Position numbers and translations under genes: made by a program. DNA of 64,000 nt from Ophelia neglecta (Eukaryota): contig OZ260663.1 in the NCBI GenBank assembly GCA_965285935.1, positions 55,986,001 to 56,050,000 on the forward strand. Direction: 5' to 3'. Below, piece after piece: positions 14,801-27,599 of this stretch. The notes under the pieces are model-generated. The model did not search any database, was not told the origin of the DNA, and was given only the letters and a program-made list of their open reading frames with translations. The first letter of the stretch is position 1. The number at the start of each line of letters is the position of its first letter.

Positions 14801-17800
14801 TACAGACTGCGATTTTCACAATTCACCGGTTATTGTTTTTGCTTGTTTTACTTTTGAACAAATTCTTTACGTACATCTCGCAGTGTACCTCACGACTCGC
14901 CTGTCAATAACTTGTCGACTTGCTCAGCCTGCGCTAATATTTCAATTTGTTATACCAATCTTTTCTACCAGTAACGTTTTTGTGTTCTGTGTCCGTTAAT
15001 CTATATAATATGGTGAAAGGATTGTTACAGCTGCATGATAGACAAAAAGTACTTGATTACCCAAGAATGGAGCCACTCAAATTCCAATGTATGAGTATAT
15101 CAACTCCTTTCTGTAAGCTTCATTTAGCCTGGATTAAGATGTGTATTTGTGAAATTGAAAACGAAAGAGTGAAAACACATGTTTAAGATATTCAAATTGT
15201 ATGCCAATTTAATATAAATACATACTCAAAGTTCGGGAGCTTGAACTTTGGTGTTGACTTCAAAAACTTATTACAATGCTATACACTTTGTATGCTTAAA
15301 TTAAATGCGAATTAAAAAGCGACAGCCCTTAATATGAAGAGAAATCGCCACAGAGTCGGACAAATCATCGTTTTCAAAATGTCTGTGCATTGATAAGGTG
15401 CCAGGGAAAGTGGCTTGGTACATTGCAGATCTGTTTGAACGTACATTTAAGACGTTGTCAGCTTTATGATTGAGGTTATGACATTTGGGAATTGAGACAG
15501 AAAGCCGGGAAAGTCGCACATGTGTTATTATGTACAGAGATTGCTAATGTTGTGGACTACTCTGTAATAAGTATATCACTCGGCCCTTTGTATTTTTCTT
15601 TGTGTTAAAACTATTGTCGTAGACGTGGTGTGAAGTGGACATAGTTGTTCCACATTCCATATGAGTTTTATTTTAAATCTTTAGAGCTGATAAAGCTCTC
15701 CAATGACCTAGAACTTTCTTCGATGAGCATTTTATGTATTTCTACACCGTCAACGTGGATATTCATAAAAAAAAATGTTGTGCCAAATGAGAAACTATTC
15801 AATATTCCGTTTTCCCACAGGCCCCATGAAAGAACGAAGAAAGATTCAGGGCTTTTGTAATTAAGTTGACTTGAAAAGTAATTCAGTGCTTTTGCTGGTT
15901 GACGGGACAATCTGTTTAGATTAAGGCTGCAATATATTTTCATTGATTACCAGGTCCTTTCGCCTTGCGCGGTGGTAAATGGTTGGAATAACTGATATCT
16001 ACAGCTGGCGAGCACTGATACCTTCAGATAATGTTCTGTTTGGGTGTGATTTTATCTCCAAAAAAACTTCATTCGCAATCTGAGCGTCTGACAGCAGTAC
16101 TATACTGCCATGCATAGGTTCTCTTGGCTTATCGTGTGGTCTATACACTTTGTGCAATGTCATTCCGAAAAAAAATCCGTTTTATTAACGCTGTTTAAAA
16201 CCAGTTTATCGTTGAAGTCAGACTTGCCATGCAATCTTTCAAATCGCCCATTATTTTATCGTCATTTCTCAAATTAAAAAGATTGGAGCAAGGAACCTGA
16301 ATATGACACTAGGTAAAGTATGGAATATTTAGGAATATATGACAATATTGCATACTGAAGGAATTTAATTAGATAGCTAAGACGGGTGGTTTCCTCACAT
16401 ACTGTAGAATCAAGTGGGGGAAGCTTCGCGCTTAGCTCCTCCCAGAAGGAATAAACCGAATCGCAAAAGCAACGACTAAGTCCCACCCTATAGAAGAAGG
16501 TAATTTATTGTGCAGTCGGATAAGTTATACAGCTTCAAAACGTGTTGTAACCGTTTACACTTATAAACACATTTAAATTATAAATTAAAGTAATGCCAGG
16601 AAATGTCATTACATTATACACACCTTCAAACATCCCGCGATTAAAGTCAACACATATATCGCGCTTCGCCTCTTATTCTGACTTCACCAAATATAAAAAG
16701 GCCCGCGGTGAAATAAGTACTGTAAATAGGCCTCTAATACTTATGCTGTATATTTGGGGACGTGCGTGCCACTTTATCAAAGCGCGTTAAACATTTTATT
16801 AAACACACTGGTTTGTTTCTGATTACGTATCGACATGTAATTCATAAAGATTAGCACTATCCAAAATACAACACGAAAAATGGTTTGTGTCTGATTGTAG
16901 GTAGCCGCACATTAAACTCGCATTAATAAACAGTTAATATAATTGGTCATATAGTGACTAAATGACATATACATGTAATAAAAGTTCAGATTTTCAGGAT
17001 ATTCTCCAATTTCGCTACTTCTTCTTGGTTTAATTTTAAGGTTTGGCTCCTGTAGCAGGAATGTGCGAGTCAGACCGTAGTTGCAGCATTAACGAAGACA
17101 TTGGCCTGGCCTCCGCATTTACCATTGCTCACGAAATAGGACACAAGTGAGTGAAATAATATTGAACACTTATTTACGTATGATAAAATTTCTTGTTTTT
17201 TTCTCTTGATTCCAAAGTAGTATAAAAGTCCTTTGCAGATCACTGCTCGTGTCTTGCATGGACTGCCTTGGTATATTACTGGTGTCGAACGACATTCTTT
17301 TTGGAGAAGTCCCCGTTCATCCTTTGGTTATAAAAAGCTCAAAGTCATATCAGAAAGGAATAATATAATAATGAATATATATTCAATAATTAAATGAAAA
17401 ACAATCCTGGTTATCTAGTTAGGAAATGGACATGGTCTCATCTTGGTTTTCAGCTTTGGCATGCAGCATGATGGTGCTGGTAACAAATGTGGAACTCCTG
17501 GACATGAAACTGCGAAGATCATGGCAGCTCAACTCACCAAGAACACCGAGCCCTTCTCCTGGTCTGCCTGTAGCAAAGAGTACATCACCGGCTTTCTCGA
17601 GTAAGCTATACTACAGTAGTTTGTCTTCATGTCTGTGTTTATTACTTTAAAGAGCTTTATCTATCAGTATGGATATATTAGGTGTTCGAGTTTAGGGGGA
17701 TATTTGATTTTGGGACCAAATGGTGGTGTGGTATTGTTTGTATTATTAAAACATTACCTCACTGAAACAAATTCACACAAGTCAAAATTTTGGGGAAATT

Positions 17801-20800
17801 GTGTATAGTAGTTTTGTATTTATATTTTAGTCGATTTACTTTTACTTGATGGAACTTCAATGCCACAGCTTTTAATAATGTCGACCTATCGATACTTTCT
17901 ATCATATATTGTCTAATTAACCTCTTGATTGTGGTATTTAGATTATTAGATAATTTTTTGGAGAATATAAGAATGTGTACGGTATGATTCCTTATATATT
18001 TCCTGATGTAATTTTGACGAACATTTTCATGTTCCAATCTCTAAACTTCTGAGAGATTTTTATATGGTAGGGCCCAGAACCATGCATGCGGGCTGCTGGA
18101 ACCTGTAACGCTATACCGTGTATCTTGTCAAGTTTTCTCCAATTAAACCCCCTTTTCCCTTCTCAAGTTGTGAACCGCCCTACGGACATACATGTAATTA
18201 CATATGCTCTTTCCCTCGATCATTATAGATGAGCGTTTCGCGTTTCTAAACACCTGATTTTTATGTTGAGTAACATAATAATAAGAGAATCAAAAATCGT
18301 CAAGCACATGGCGGATTGTTTTGTCTACATAACGCTTAATTTGTAAAATTGCTCGTCGGAGTCTTAACCAAAATACTGAACTGAACTCATGTTACATTTT
18401 ACTCTTTTAATAGGGTTATATTTTAAGCAGACATTTTAATTAAAGGCTTCACATTTATACGCTTAAACGATAACTAACAGCGACTCTTAAACTGCAACTA
18501 TCGGCCTATAATTCTTTAACCCAACATTGTGTTTTTCACTGAGAAAACACCTCCACTACTAACATTGCGAACTACTCTTTACAGATCTCACGAGATTAAT
18601 AGTTTTTCATTGTAGATTAATCGATGCCTTACAATAGTCAACTCTCTTAGAAATGGCGATAACGTTTTGTAAGAGCAATTGACTACGTTTATGATAGGCC
18701 ACTTTGAATTTTCTTTATCATGTTTATTAGTTCCATTTTTTTTATCTTACCCTCTGTTTACAGGAGGTTTTACTACCAAATTCTCTCATATAAGTCGCGA
18801 TTCAATTCTCCGCATTGGAGTGGCACATATTAATGCAATTTCAGTAATCTCTAACCGTTCACATTCGCTACCCTTATTAATACGAGGGAATTTTTGTACG
18901 CCAGTATAGTTTTGTTTTGTTTTGTTTTGTAGTGCTGGTCGAGGTAAATGTTTGGAGAACTCTCCTCCCGACATGGACCTGGACTTTCCCGATGAGCTGC
19001 CGGGGAGGAGCCACGACGGCGATGCCCAGTGTCAATATCAGTACGGCTCCCGCTCTCGTCAGTGCAAGGACGGAGTGAGTATATACTCTTACTCGGCGTC
19101 AGGTAAACGTGAAACTAGGTGTGCTTAATCTCACCTTACCTTGCCCTTAAAAAATACTTGAGTAATCCCAAGTAAAACATTGATTTGAATTAATTTATTA
19201 CATTTGACTTGGTTGTTAAACTTAAGCTTGTGCAGGTGATGTGAAATTACATAATATGATAATAATTTGTTTCTTTCGAGGATGTGTGTAGAGAAATATG
19301 GTGTATTAATCCCAACCAGAACGACCAATGTGTTACCAGCAACATCCCGGCTGCCGATGGAACATATTGCCACACAAGAAATATTAAGAAAGGGGTGAGC
19401 TCCATGAATTCTCCGTTTTTATCTAGAGTGTGAAGATTCACAAAATGTTGTGAGGCGCTGAATATGCCAAGAAATAGGAAACGGAAGTAGAAGAACACTT
19501 TTTGCTACAGGCTCTGAGAGTCTTGTGTTTTGTGATGAGTACAGAATTGCCAACCTTTCACACCATGCCCATGACTTTAGTGAGGGGTTCCACAAGGGCT
19601 TTGCACCTGGGTCTTGTTAAAATAGGATAAGACTGTTACAATGTCATGCTTGGAGGGAAGGGTGAATTTGTCCGAAATATTCTGCGCCAGCAGTGCAATT
19701 GACCACGCCTGTCGAATCTCATGCAATGTTTGAAACCCAATACTTTTTGGCAGTGGCCTACCTACAGGCTAAAACACAATGATTCATTTCCCCTAGGTGG
19801 CCATTATTACATACATAAATTGCGTACATTTCTGGAAATTTCAAGAAATTTTATCTTTAAGTAATGAAAATCGATCAGTCAATCAAACAAACAATGCAAT
19901 GCAACATCAAGATGCTGTGCTAGAACCTGTGCTATATGACTGTCGCCCCTAGAGAACCGTGACTTCCAACAGCTACTTTTTAAGATCGTCTTTTGTGTGT
20001 GCCTTAAGTGTGCTATGTCACACTCTTTTGCTTTATCCCGAGTTATGACTCTGATCGCCGAATTTACTCATCATTGCCTCTACCTCTGAATAATAAGTCT
20101 TATATCTACTTCCTGCATAGTGGTGTTTCCGAGGCCGCTGTATGAAGACTTCTTGGAAGCCGAAGCCTGTGGACGGACGCTGGGGTGCGTGGACGGATTG
20201 GGGTTTCTGCACCAGGACCTGCGGGGGCGGAGTCGAGTCAAGTGAAAGACACTGCGCTAATCCAAGGTAACCCTTTTTGCTGGTAAAAAATGGCGGGGTA
20301 CAGTTTCGAGACAATTAATTCAAGAATTGTATCAAGGAAGATAAATGTATAGTGGTCATTTTTTGCTAAGGCCAGCTTTTGCACTGGAGAATCCAATTAT
20401 TAGGACATGCGGTATGCTCTACCACTGTACATGTCTCGTTTCTGCCATTGTAGACCGGACCATGGTGGAAAGTATTGCATAGGAGAAAGAAAACGTTATC
20501 GATCATGTAACGTTCACGTAAGTAATGCTGAAAACGAAAGCCAATTGCCAAAAAATACTAATTTAATGTTTAAGTACAAAAATCAGTGTGGATAGACCGG
20601 CCAGTTTCCCTCGAAACTCAGGTGTATTATTATATCCACGAAATGCGGATATTATGTTTTCAGTAGCACCGCCGCCGCCGCCGCCGCCGCCGCCACCGAT
20701 TTTAGTCGTTAACGCGATAACTCAAAAACCATTTCGTACATCTTTTTCAAATTCAACACAGCCATAGACCTTATTGCTAGGAGGAACTGATTAGATTCTG

Positions 20801-23800
20801 GTGAAAATCCAATAATTATTAATTAGTTAAAACAATTAATTAATTATGTCAGAAACGCATTTTCTGCAATAACACAAAAAATATTTGATACATCTCTTTC
20901 TAATTTGACACAGCCTTAGACCTTATTGAGAGGAAGACCTGTATTTATTCTGGTGAATTTCTGATAATTATTGATTAGTTAAAATAATTAATTAATTATG
21001 TCAAAAACACATTTTCTATCATATATTCCAAAGTATAGATGATATTGGCTTGAAGCTTTGTGTCATGATTCATGTAATAACTATATACAATCTGTGTAAT
21101 AAGTTAACTAGTTAACTTTATTAATGACCTGAAAAAAATTAGTTAAGGTGGTTTTGCATTATTCTTGAGGTCATATGGAACCAACTTTATTAATGACCTC
21201 CCTTATTATTGAGGTTATATAGAAGTTTCTACAATCTGTGTAACAAGTTAATTAGTACTGTGTAATAAGTTAACTAGTTAACTTTATTAATGACCTTAAA
21301 AAAAAATTAGTTAAGGCAGTTTTTCAGTATTACTGAGGTCATATGGAACCTACTACAATGTGTGTAATAAGTTAACTAGTTAACTTTATTAATGACCTGA
21401 AAAAATTTAGTTAAGGTCGTTTTGCATTATTATTGAATCTTATGGAACCTACTAATAAGTTCACTAGTTTACTTTATTAATGACCTGAAAAAAAATTAGT
21501 TAGGGTCATTTTGCATTATTATTGAGGTCATATGACACCAACTTTAAGAATGACCTGCATTATTATTGAGGTCAAATAGAACCTACTACAATCTGTGTAA
21601 TAAGTTAACTAGTACTGGGTAATAAGTAAACTAGTTTAACTTTATTAATGACCTGAACAAAAATTAGTTAAGGTCATTATCTTTTGTGCCAACTAAAAAC
21701 TACCATATTCACTACCTCGCCTTATGCCATGTTCCCCATTCGATTATTGCACGCATTCGCGGATATACCCCTTGCTGTCGGCCCCCCGACAGCGTTGGCC
21801 TAGTTTCTAATTGGCCTCGGCGATGACCCTGTCACTACCTTCCTTCTTTCTAGGATTGTCCTATAAATGCTACATCGTTTCGCGAGGTTCAGTGTCGCAA
21901 TTATGACGAGGTTCTGTTTAGAGGAAAACATTACACATGGAAGCCTTTCAATGGAGGTAGCATACAGTTTGGTCTCTAATCTTGATTATATTTCTAAAGA
22001 AAAAAATGTTTTTAACCCTGCTTGAATATTTTTCTGAACGGAAAATTACATACGAGAGTAATACATTTTTGAACGTATAATTAGACTGTTTTTGGATATG
22101 AAACAATAAGGGAATTATATATTATGTTATATTTTCCCACAGTTGGACAGGTTAAACCCTGTGCTCTCAACTGTCTAGCAGAAGGCTTTAACTTCTACAC
22201 GGAGAGAGCCACCAAGGTGGTCGACGGCACCAGGTGTCACCCCGACTCCTTTCACATGTGTATCAACGGGGAGTGCCGGGTAATTACAGACGGCGTGTTT
22301 CTCACAATACAAAGGCTACTTCCGAGGGCAAATGTAATAAAAAATACCCCTCTAGATTAGCCCTAGCTATTAAGGGGCCCCAGAATATATAAGTATATTT
22401 CAACTAAAAACATCAATTGATTCGCAATACATATTTAAGTAAACCTTTGGTTTTTCGAAAAAATCTAAATAAACAGGTGAAAATGAAACAATACAAACGC
22501 TGTTCAGTGTTAAGAAACGGCGTCTCGTAGTCTGCTGGTTGAATCAGACAGTTTAGATAAAATCCTTAAAAGCTTATGTATTTCATCAGGCTTTCTACGG
22601 TATAGTTTAAATTCTTATTAAAGTTTAGGTATACATGTATATCCAGTCTTAGGCTAGATTATATAAATTGAGACGCTCTTCGCTGATGCAGTTACCGTAT
22701 GAAAGTTTCAAAATTGGCGATCATGTATAGCGTGCGTTGTGTTTCAGCATGTAGGATGTGACAGGATTCTCGGTTCCAGTGCTACAGAAGACAAATGTCG
22801 TGTGTGTGGAGGGGACGAGAGCACCTGTGAAACCATAACCGGGGACTTTGACGCGCCTCTGGAATCGTACAGCGACTGTAAGTTATATATTCAGAAAACA
22901 CTTTACATTAATCAAACGGAATTCAGATGATGGAATTGTTGTAGACCGATATTAAATATGTATTATAGAACTATATTTATCGTTTAATATAATAATCAAT
23001 ATGGACCTTTCAGCTTACAAAGAGGTTGTGAAGATACCCCAGGGTGCCGTCCACATACGAGTAGCGGAGAAAGTCATATCAAGAAACTACCTCGGTAGGA
23101 CTACAAGTATTCTGTGTTTTAATTTGTATTGGCGTCACGATTTTAAGTAGTATTGGTCGTTTGTTTTATCGTGTATCTGAAGGCATGTGTGGTAAAACTG
23201 GAGGCATATTTTGTAGAAATCTTACTGGGTATAGGTGAAAAATCTATAGCGTCTTGATTTGTCGCATTTGCGGACAAATGTCCGGAAGTAAAGGGACAAG
23301 AAGTGACAGACGGCAGTGCAGCTAAAAAAAATCGTCATTCAACAAAGAGTGTCGCAGAAATGCTCAGTCCTAAAGAAACAGGCCCATAAAATATAATGAG
23401 AGATTTTGATATAATTATTAAGGGATTTAAAATTTCATGTTTAAATTTGCAATATATTTATTGAATAGCCCTAGGTAAATTACAAGAAGAAGTGGGTCTA
23501 TATCTGCTTACTTTTTTTTTCTAAAATAGAACTATATGAAAACAGGTGTCATATTATTGTCTTACTATTATTGTTTTTACCGTAATGATTTCCGGGTTAA
23601 GCTTGATATGTCACTCTACATCACAAATCAATCAGAAACATTAGCTTATTAACGGCTTTATAACAGAATACGACAGACCGAATGCGCAATTTTGTCATAA
23701 TCGGAAAACGATCCTCGAGAACCGGAAAGGCGTCAAGCAACTTCCGGTCACGTCATTGGGCTATAGAAGCCATTTAACCTGCCCGGCCATGTACCCTTCA

Positions 23801-26800
23801 ATCCACCCAAATATATATTCATATATCACAAAGTCGAATTATGCTGGCTGAACTATTCACATTATATGACGTAGGTCTATAGAAATTAAAAAAAGCTAAC
23901 TAATTTTTTGTAGTAGGGATACATCAAGGTGAAATCGTGGTTGAGTGTGCCATGTTTCCTTCATGATTTCAGCTCTAAAAGGGGAAGGAGAAGAATATTA
24001 TATCAACGGGGCATGGACCATAGATTGGCCAAGAAAATTTGAGGTTGCCAACACAGTGTTTCTTTACGAGCGGCCAAAAGAAGAAGTTGAGACCCTGACG
24101 GCTGTGGGTCCGACCTCCGAAGATATCTATGTCATGGTAAATGTATTATCGTAAGACTTAAAATAACAATTGTTCATTTCTGTTTACATTTTACTGTTGG
24201 GTGGTAAAGTAACTCGGTTGTGATATATCTTATATCAGAATCAGAAAATCTCTTTCATATCTGATGTGTGTAAAGAGAAACCTTAAGTAATCAGGTTAAG
24301 TGAGGTAAGGTGGAGGATGTGGGGGAGTGGTGGTATTGGTCGTAGTAATACATCCTTTGGTATTCCTCCTAATAAGAATGCATTGGTCGGCTTGGTTTAT
24401 TCTTATACTACAAACGCAGATCAAAGTATTAAACACAAAACTCCTAGATAAGGCTTATAACATTATATACTAAAAAAGCGATAGGAATTAGTTCCATCCT
24501 TACTCCGATAAATACACACATATGCGCCAAATGAGAAAAAAATATTTGATACATTTGGCGCATCCGTGACATATATATGAAACGCTGGAGAAAACCTTCG
24601 TGTGAAGTTGATCCGATAAGTCAGATTCTAAAGGATATAGTGATCCATTCAAAAATGAAATTAATGAAATATATCAATAGCGTATCGATGTCGCATAATA
24701 TTATTACTTATCAATTATGGTTGATAGACCTGATAGACCAAGCCATGAAAATCATTGGCCCCAGGCTCCTAGGAGCAGTGCCGGAACCTGCGAGTTCACT
24801 CATGTACTTTAGGCATTTACCTGTTTACCTATACTCTCGATTTCTTTCGGTTTTCCTTGATTCGTACTTAAAGTGGAGTTCGCTATTTTGGGCTCAAGAT
24901 TTACAACCATTAATGCAGACATTGGTCTCTGTTGAAGTTGACTGTCCCCAGTAGATCGAGACTAGGTTAGCAGTCCATCAACTGATTTGAATCTCTCTGC
25001 CGGGCATCGGTGCATCCCCCGGTTAATGTGCAGTCTGTCAAGATAACTACAGAAGCATTATATATTGGTTAATATTTTAAAATACAGTAACCACCATGTG
25101 TTTTGGTCTTTACAGTTGTTACTGCAGGACGTGAACCTCGGGATAGAGTACCAGTACAACATCCCCATCACAAACGGAAGTGAGAACGGGACTGAGTATG
25201 TGTGGCAGTACACACCGTGGTCTAAGTGTACGGTCAGCTGTGCCCGGGGGATCAGCAAGACTGTGGCCGTCTGCGTCAAGAAAGAGGACCGAGCCATCGT
25301 CGCCAGCAAACACTGCGTCTCGCATTTGCGACCGAACGACAAACACATGTACTGCAACGCGGACCCCTGCCCTCCCGAGTAAGGCTATTTATATTGGTCG
25401 TGTATCACTAGATATATTTAAGGGGTTGAATTTGTAAAACAAAACGGAAGTAGATCCCCGAAGTTGCTTGAGAGAAAATGCCTTATAAATGCGCGACAGT
25501 GTAGTATATCCGAGCTTCAACAATTAATTCTTTCTGTTGTAGGCTTTCGTTGCGAATCCTAAGACCTGTGTGTTTGTTATTTTTCAGGTGGGTGATTGGA
25601 GACTGGTCTGACTGTAGTAAAACGTGTGGGGGAGGTGTCAAAACTCGTAGTGTAAAATGTACCCAGGCGGTAGGGGAAGAGGAAATTGAGACACTCCCTT
25701 TTCAAAATTGTACCGAAAAACAGCCTCGTTCTCGCATGAGGTGCCAGGATGAAGCTTGTCCACCTCATTGGGCATCTGATGGGTGGTCTACGGTGGGTTT
25801 CGATGTACATCTATACCACAATGAATCATGAAATAAATCTTCTAAATCTCTCACGCTCTCTCTCACAAACCCTTGAAAAATTCTATTTAAGCGATAGGCA
25901 TTAGGCCTACAACCTCTCCCGAGTCTAAATAAATACGTTTAAACAAGTGCATTTGAACACTTACAGGCTTATAGATTTTTTGACAATGTACGTTAAATGG
26001 TCAATGCAACTTTAAATGGAAAAAGATAATTCCTTTCTTACAAAGAAAATTTAAATCATCATTTAATTTAACTTGGACCTATTTTGATTCATTTTCCAGT
26101 GCCAGCCGAGTTGTGGGCCTGGGGTTAGAAGTAGGAACGTGTATTGTGTGAGCGCCGAGGCGCGTTACATGCCCGACCACAACTGTGAGTCCGACAGACG
26201 TCCGCCAAATAAAGAGAAATGTCACCAAGGCGCATGCCCACCACCATCTTGGGTCACCGGCGCATGGGCAGAGGTCAGTTATGATACGATCATAATCAGC
26301 ACTCCTTTCAGGGTCATTACCATAAATTAGGCGGCTTCACACCAAACAATATATTTAATCGAAAATACAGGAATTAGAGGAAGCTTCAACATACTAGTCT
26401 TTTTTAATTTGCATATATAGAATAGTTATATACCTATATTGATGACCCAGATTGGACATTAGGCCCACAAAATGGCTTCTTTAAAGAAGCCGATAATTCG
26501 CACGTCCTCAACGTTTTGTGTGTAGGAACGTAGTGACAGAATGTTGTTCTTTCTATTAAAGCAGCACTGTTTTCAAGTTACGTATACGGGTTTAGCTTAT
26601 TGAATTTTTGTATCTTGCAGTGTTCCGCGAAGTGTGGTAAAGGCCAGCAGATGCGAAGTGTGGCCTGCAGGACATACGACAGTAAGGCCAGTAGAGAATG
26701 TGAAGAAGAAAGTCGACCTCATAACATTCAGGAATGTGAGGGCCCCTGTACGGCGCCAGAAGACGGTCAGTTTACTGACAATCACTGATATTTGATACCC

Positions 26801-27599
26801 TAAATACCAATTGATTACCTTTCTTAAGCTGGTTGTCGTGACTTTCCTTGGCTTAGTACATTTGATCTCGGGTCTAAACTTCACTAGATCACATTATAAG
26901 AGCAGCAGCTGTACATTTTAAGTAGATTTGTATTCAGTATTAAGTCAGAATTTAGCACATTAGTGATTCAAATGATTACAGTGTCTTCTAATGCATAACC
27001 ATGTTATTTCGATTGCTGTTTCGATATTTCGATGTACTTTTATCTTATAACAATGCATCGGAGTTAAACTATGTACTAGAACCTATCAGTGTAACTATCT
27101 GCATATTAATAGGGCCTCAAATAGGCCATTGAAAGCATTAATTTCTGGTAATTATGTCGTTGGTAGAAGTGATGCGAGAGTCACTTTTTTGCTCGTTTTT
27201 TTTTCGTTTTTAATGTTAAATACATGTCTTGAGTACTACATACTGTGTAATTATCTATGGCAAAGACTAAAGTGAGTAAGATAATGCATGTGCACACTGT
27301 AAGTGAACAACTACCTATATTTTGGAGGCTGGAATATTTATTAAATATCAGATATATCACATTTAAGAAAACTATACATTATTTAAAGCAGAACTGTGTA
27401 CATGGCTAAAATTCATTGACGCAATGACAAATACTTTGTCCGTTTGTTTTCTTTCCTTAACCTCATTTTATTTACTTTTTCAGAGTGCAAAGACGTCAAC
27501 AAGATATCATACTGTCCACTGGTTCTCAAATTCGAGTTTTGCAGTCGGAATTACTTTAGGCAAATGTGTTGTAAAACCTGCACCGAGGCTGGCCTTTAA
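8637..27599 (+). CDS. ADAMTS6: ADAMTS6/10-like secreted metalloprotease, 5'-partial gene model (20 exons)
   Basis: Phase-consistent exons: 8637-8875, 9291-9374, 9651-9793, 14585-14628, 17041-17146, 17454-17600, 18933-19074, 19281-19394, 20121-20266, 20454-20517, 21854-21956, 22143-22279, 22748-22877, 23014-23094, 23973-24136, 25116-25378, 25588-25792, 26100-26273, 26621-26765, 27484-27599. Motifs: [57 protein letters not shown], central TSP1, spacer, four TSP1, PLAC. The architecture matches ADAMTS6/10; it is probably a co-ortholog of both vertebrate genes. Confidence 0.93.
9291..9374 (+). CDS. ADAMTS6: ADAMTS catalytic-domain exon
   Basis: cag| [28 protein letters not shown] |gtatag. Confidence 0.92.
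9651..9793 (+). CDS. ADAMTS6: ADAMTS catalytic-domain exon ending at a GC donor
   Basis: [20 protein letters not shown]...HHDNAVLIT(R) ag|gcaagt. Confidence 0.88.
14585..14628 (+). CDS. ADAMTS6: ADAMTS 44-nt micro-exon
   Basis: tttttcag| (R)[14 protein letters not shown](G) |gtacgt; not in the ORF track. Confidence 0.92.
17041..17146 (+). CDS. ADAMTS6: ADAMTS exon with HExxH
   Basis: [35 protein letters not shown](N) |gtgagt. Confidence 0.95.
17454..17600 (+). CDS. ADAMTS6: ADAMTS exon: third Zn ligand and Met-turn
   Basis: [48 protein letters not shown](D) |gtaag. Confidence 0.95.
18933..19074 (+). CDS. ADAMTS6: ADAMTS exon: start of disintegrin-like domain
   Basis: [12 protein letters not shown]...[26 protein letters not shown] |gtgagt. 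Confidence 0.92.
19281..19394 (+). CDS. ADAMTS6: ADAMTS disintegrin-like exon
   Basis: [38 protein letters not shown] |gtgagc; the acceptor is GAG. Confidence 0.88.
20121..20266 (+). CDS. ADAMTS6: ADAMTS central TSP1 exon
   Basis: WCFRGRC...[32 protein letters not shown](R). Confidence 0.94.
20454..20517 (+). CDS. ADAMTS6: ADAMTS central TSP1 exon (second half)
   Basis: [21 protein letters not shown] |gtaagt. Confidence 0.93.
20626..21805 (+). mobile_element. Non-autonomous Helentron-associated (HINE/DINE-1-like) element with internal tandem repeats
   Basis: 5' subTIR tatatccacgaaatgcg (20631-20647) with a local inverted repeat, a (CCG)n microsatellite (~20669-20697), a ~151-bp duplicated unit and an AT-rich tandem array. 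3' subTIR cgcattcgcggatata (21752-21767), perfect 8-bp stem-loop gctgtcgg-cccc-ccgacagc (21774-21793), terminal ctagtt. Confidence 0.8.
21085..21680. repeat. AT-rich tandem array inside the HINE-like element
   Basis: About five imperfect copies of tgtgtaataagttaactagttaactttattaatgacctgaaaaaaattagttaaggt...tgaggtcatatggaacc, with variable period. Confidence 0.85.
21854..21956 (+). CDS. ADAMTS6: ADAMTS Cys-rich domain exon
   Basis: [34 protein letters not shown]. Confidence 0.92.
22143..22279 (+). CDS. ADAMTS6: ADAMTS Cys-rich domain exon
   Basis: [45 protein letters not shown]. Confidence 0.93.
22748..22877 (+). CDS. ADAMTS6: ADAMTS Cys-rich/spacer exon
   Basis: [32 protein letters not shown]. 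Confidence 0.93.
23014..23094 (+). CDS. ADAMTS6: ADAMTS spacer exon
   Basis: [26 protein letters not shown]. Confidence 0.92.
23973..24136 (+). CDS. ADAMTS6: ADAMTS spacer exon
   Basis: [35 protein letters not shown]...[10 protein letters not shown]. Confidence 0.93.
25116..25378 (+). CDS. ADAMTS6: ADAMTS spacer end plus TSP1 repeat 2
   Basis: [14 protein letters not shown]...[16 protein letters not shown]...CNADPCPP(E). Confidence 0.92.
25588..25792 (+). CDS. ADAMTS6: ADAMTS TSP1 repeat 3
   Basis: [24 protein letters not shown]...[12 protein letters not shown]. Confidence 0.93.
26100..26273 (+). CDS. ADAMTS6: ADAMTS TSP1 repeat 4
   Basis: [16 protein letters not shown]...[13 protein letters not shown]. 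Confidence 0.92.
26621..26765 (+). CDS. ADAMTS6: ADAMTS TSP1 repeat 5
   Basis: [17 protein letters not shown]...CEGPC. Confidence 0.92.
27484..27599 (+). CDS. ADAMTS6: ADAMTS terminal exon, PLAC domain
   Basis: [38 protein letters not shown]; TAA at 27597-27599. Confidence 0.94.

Noticed and set aside
21085-21680. Repeat array as a CRISPR-like locus
   Set aside because: Eukaryotic intron, no unique spacers, irregular period and no cas genes; it is the interior of a transposon.
24577-24954. 125-aa intronic ORF as an extra ADAMTS exon
   Set aside because: The flanking exons already join in frame to give a complete spacer domain, and the ORF has no ADAMTS similarity.
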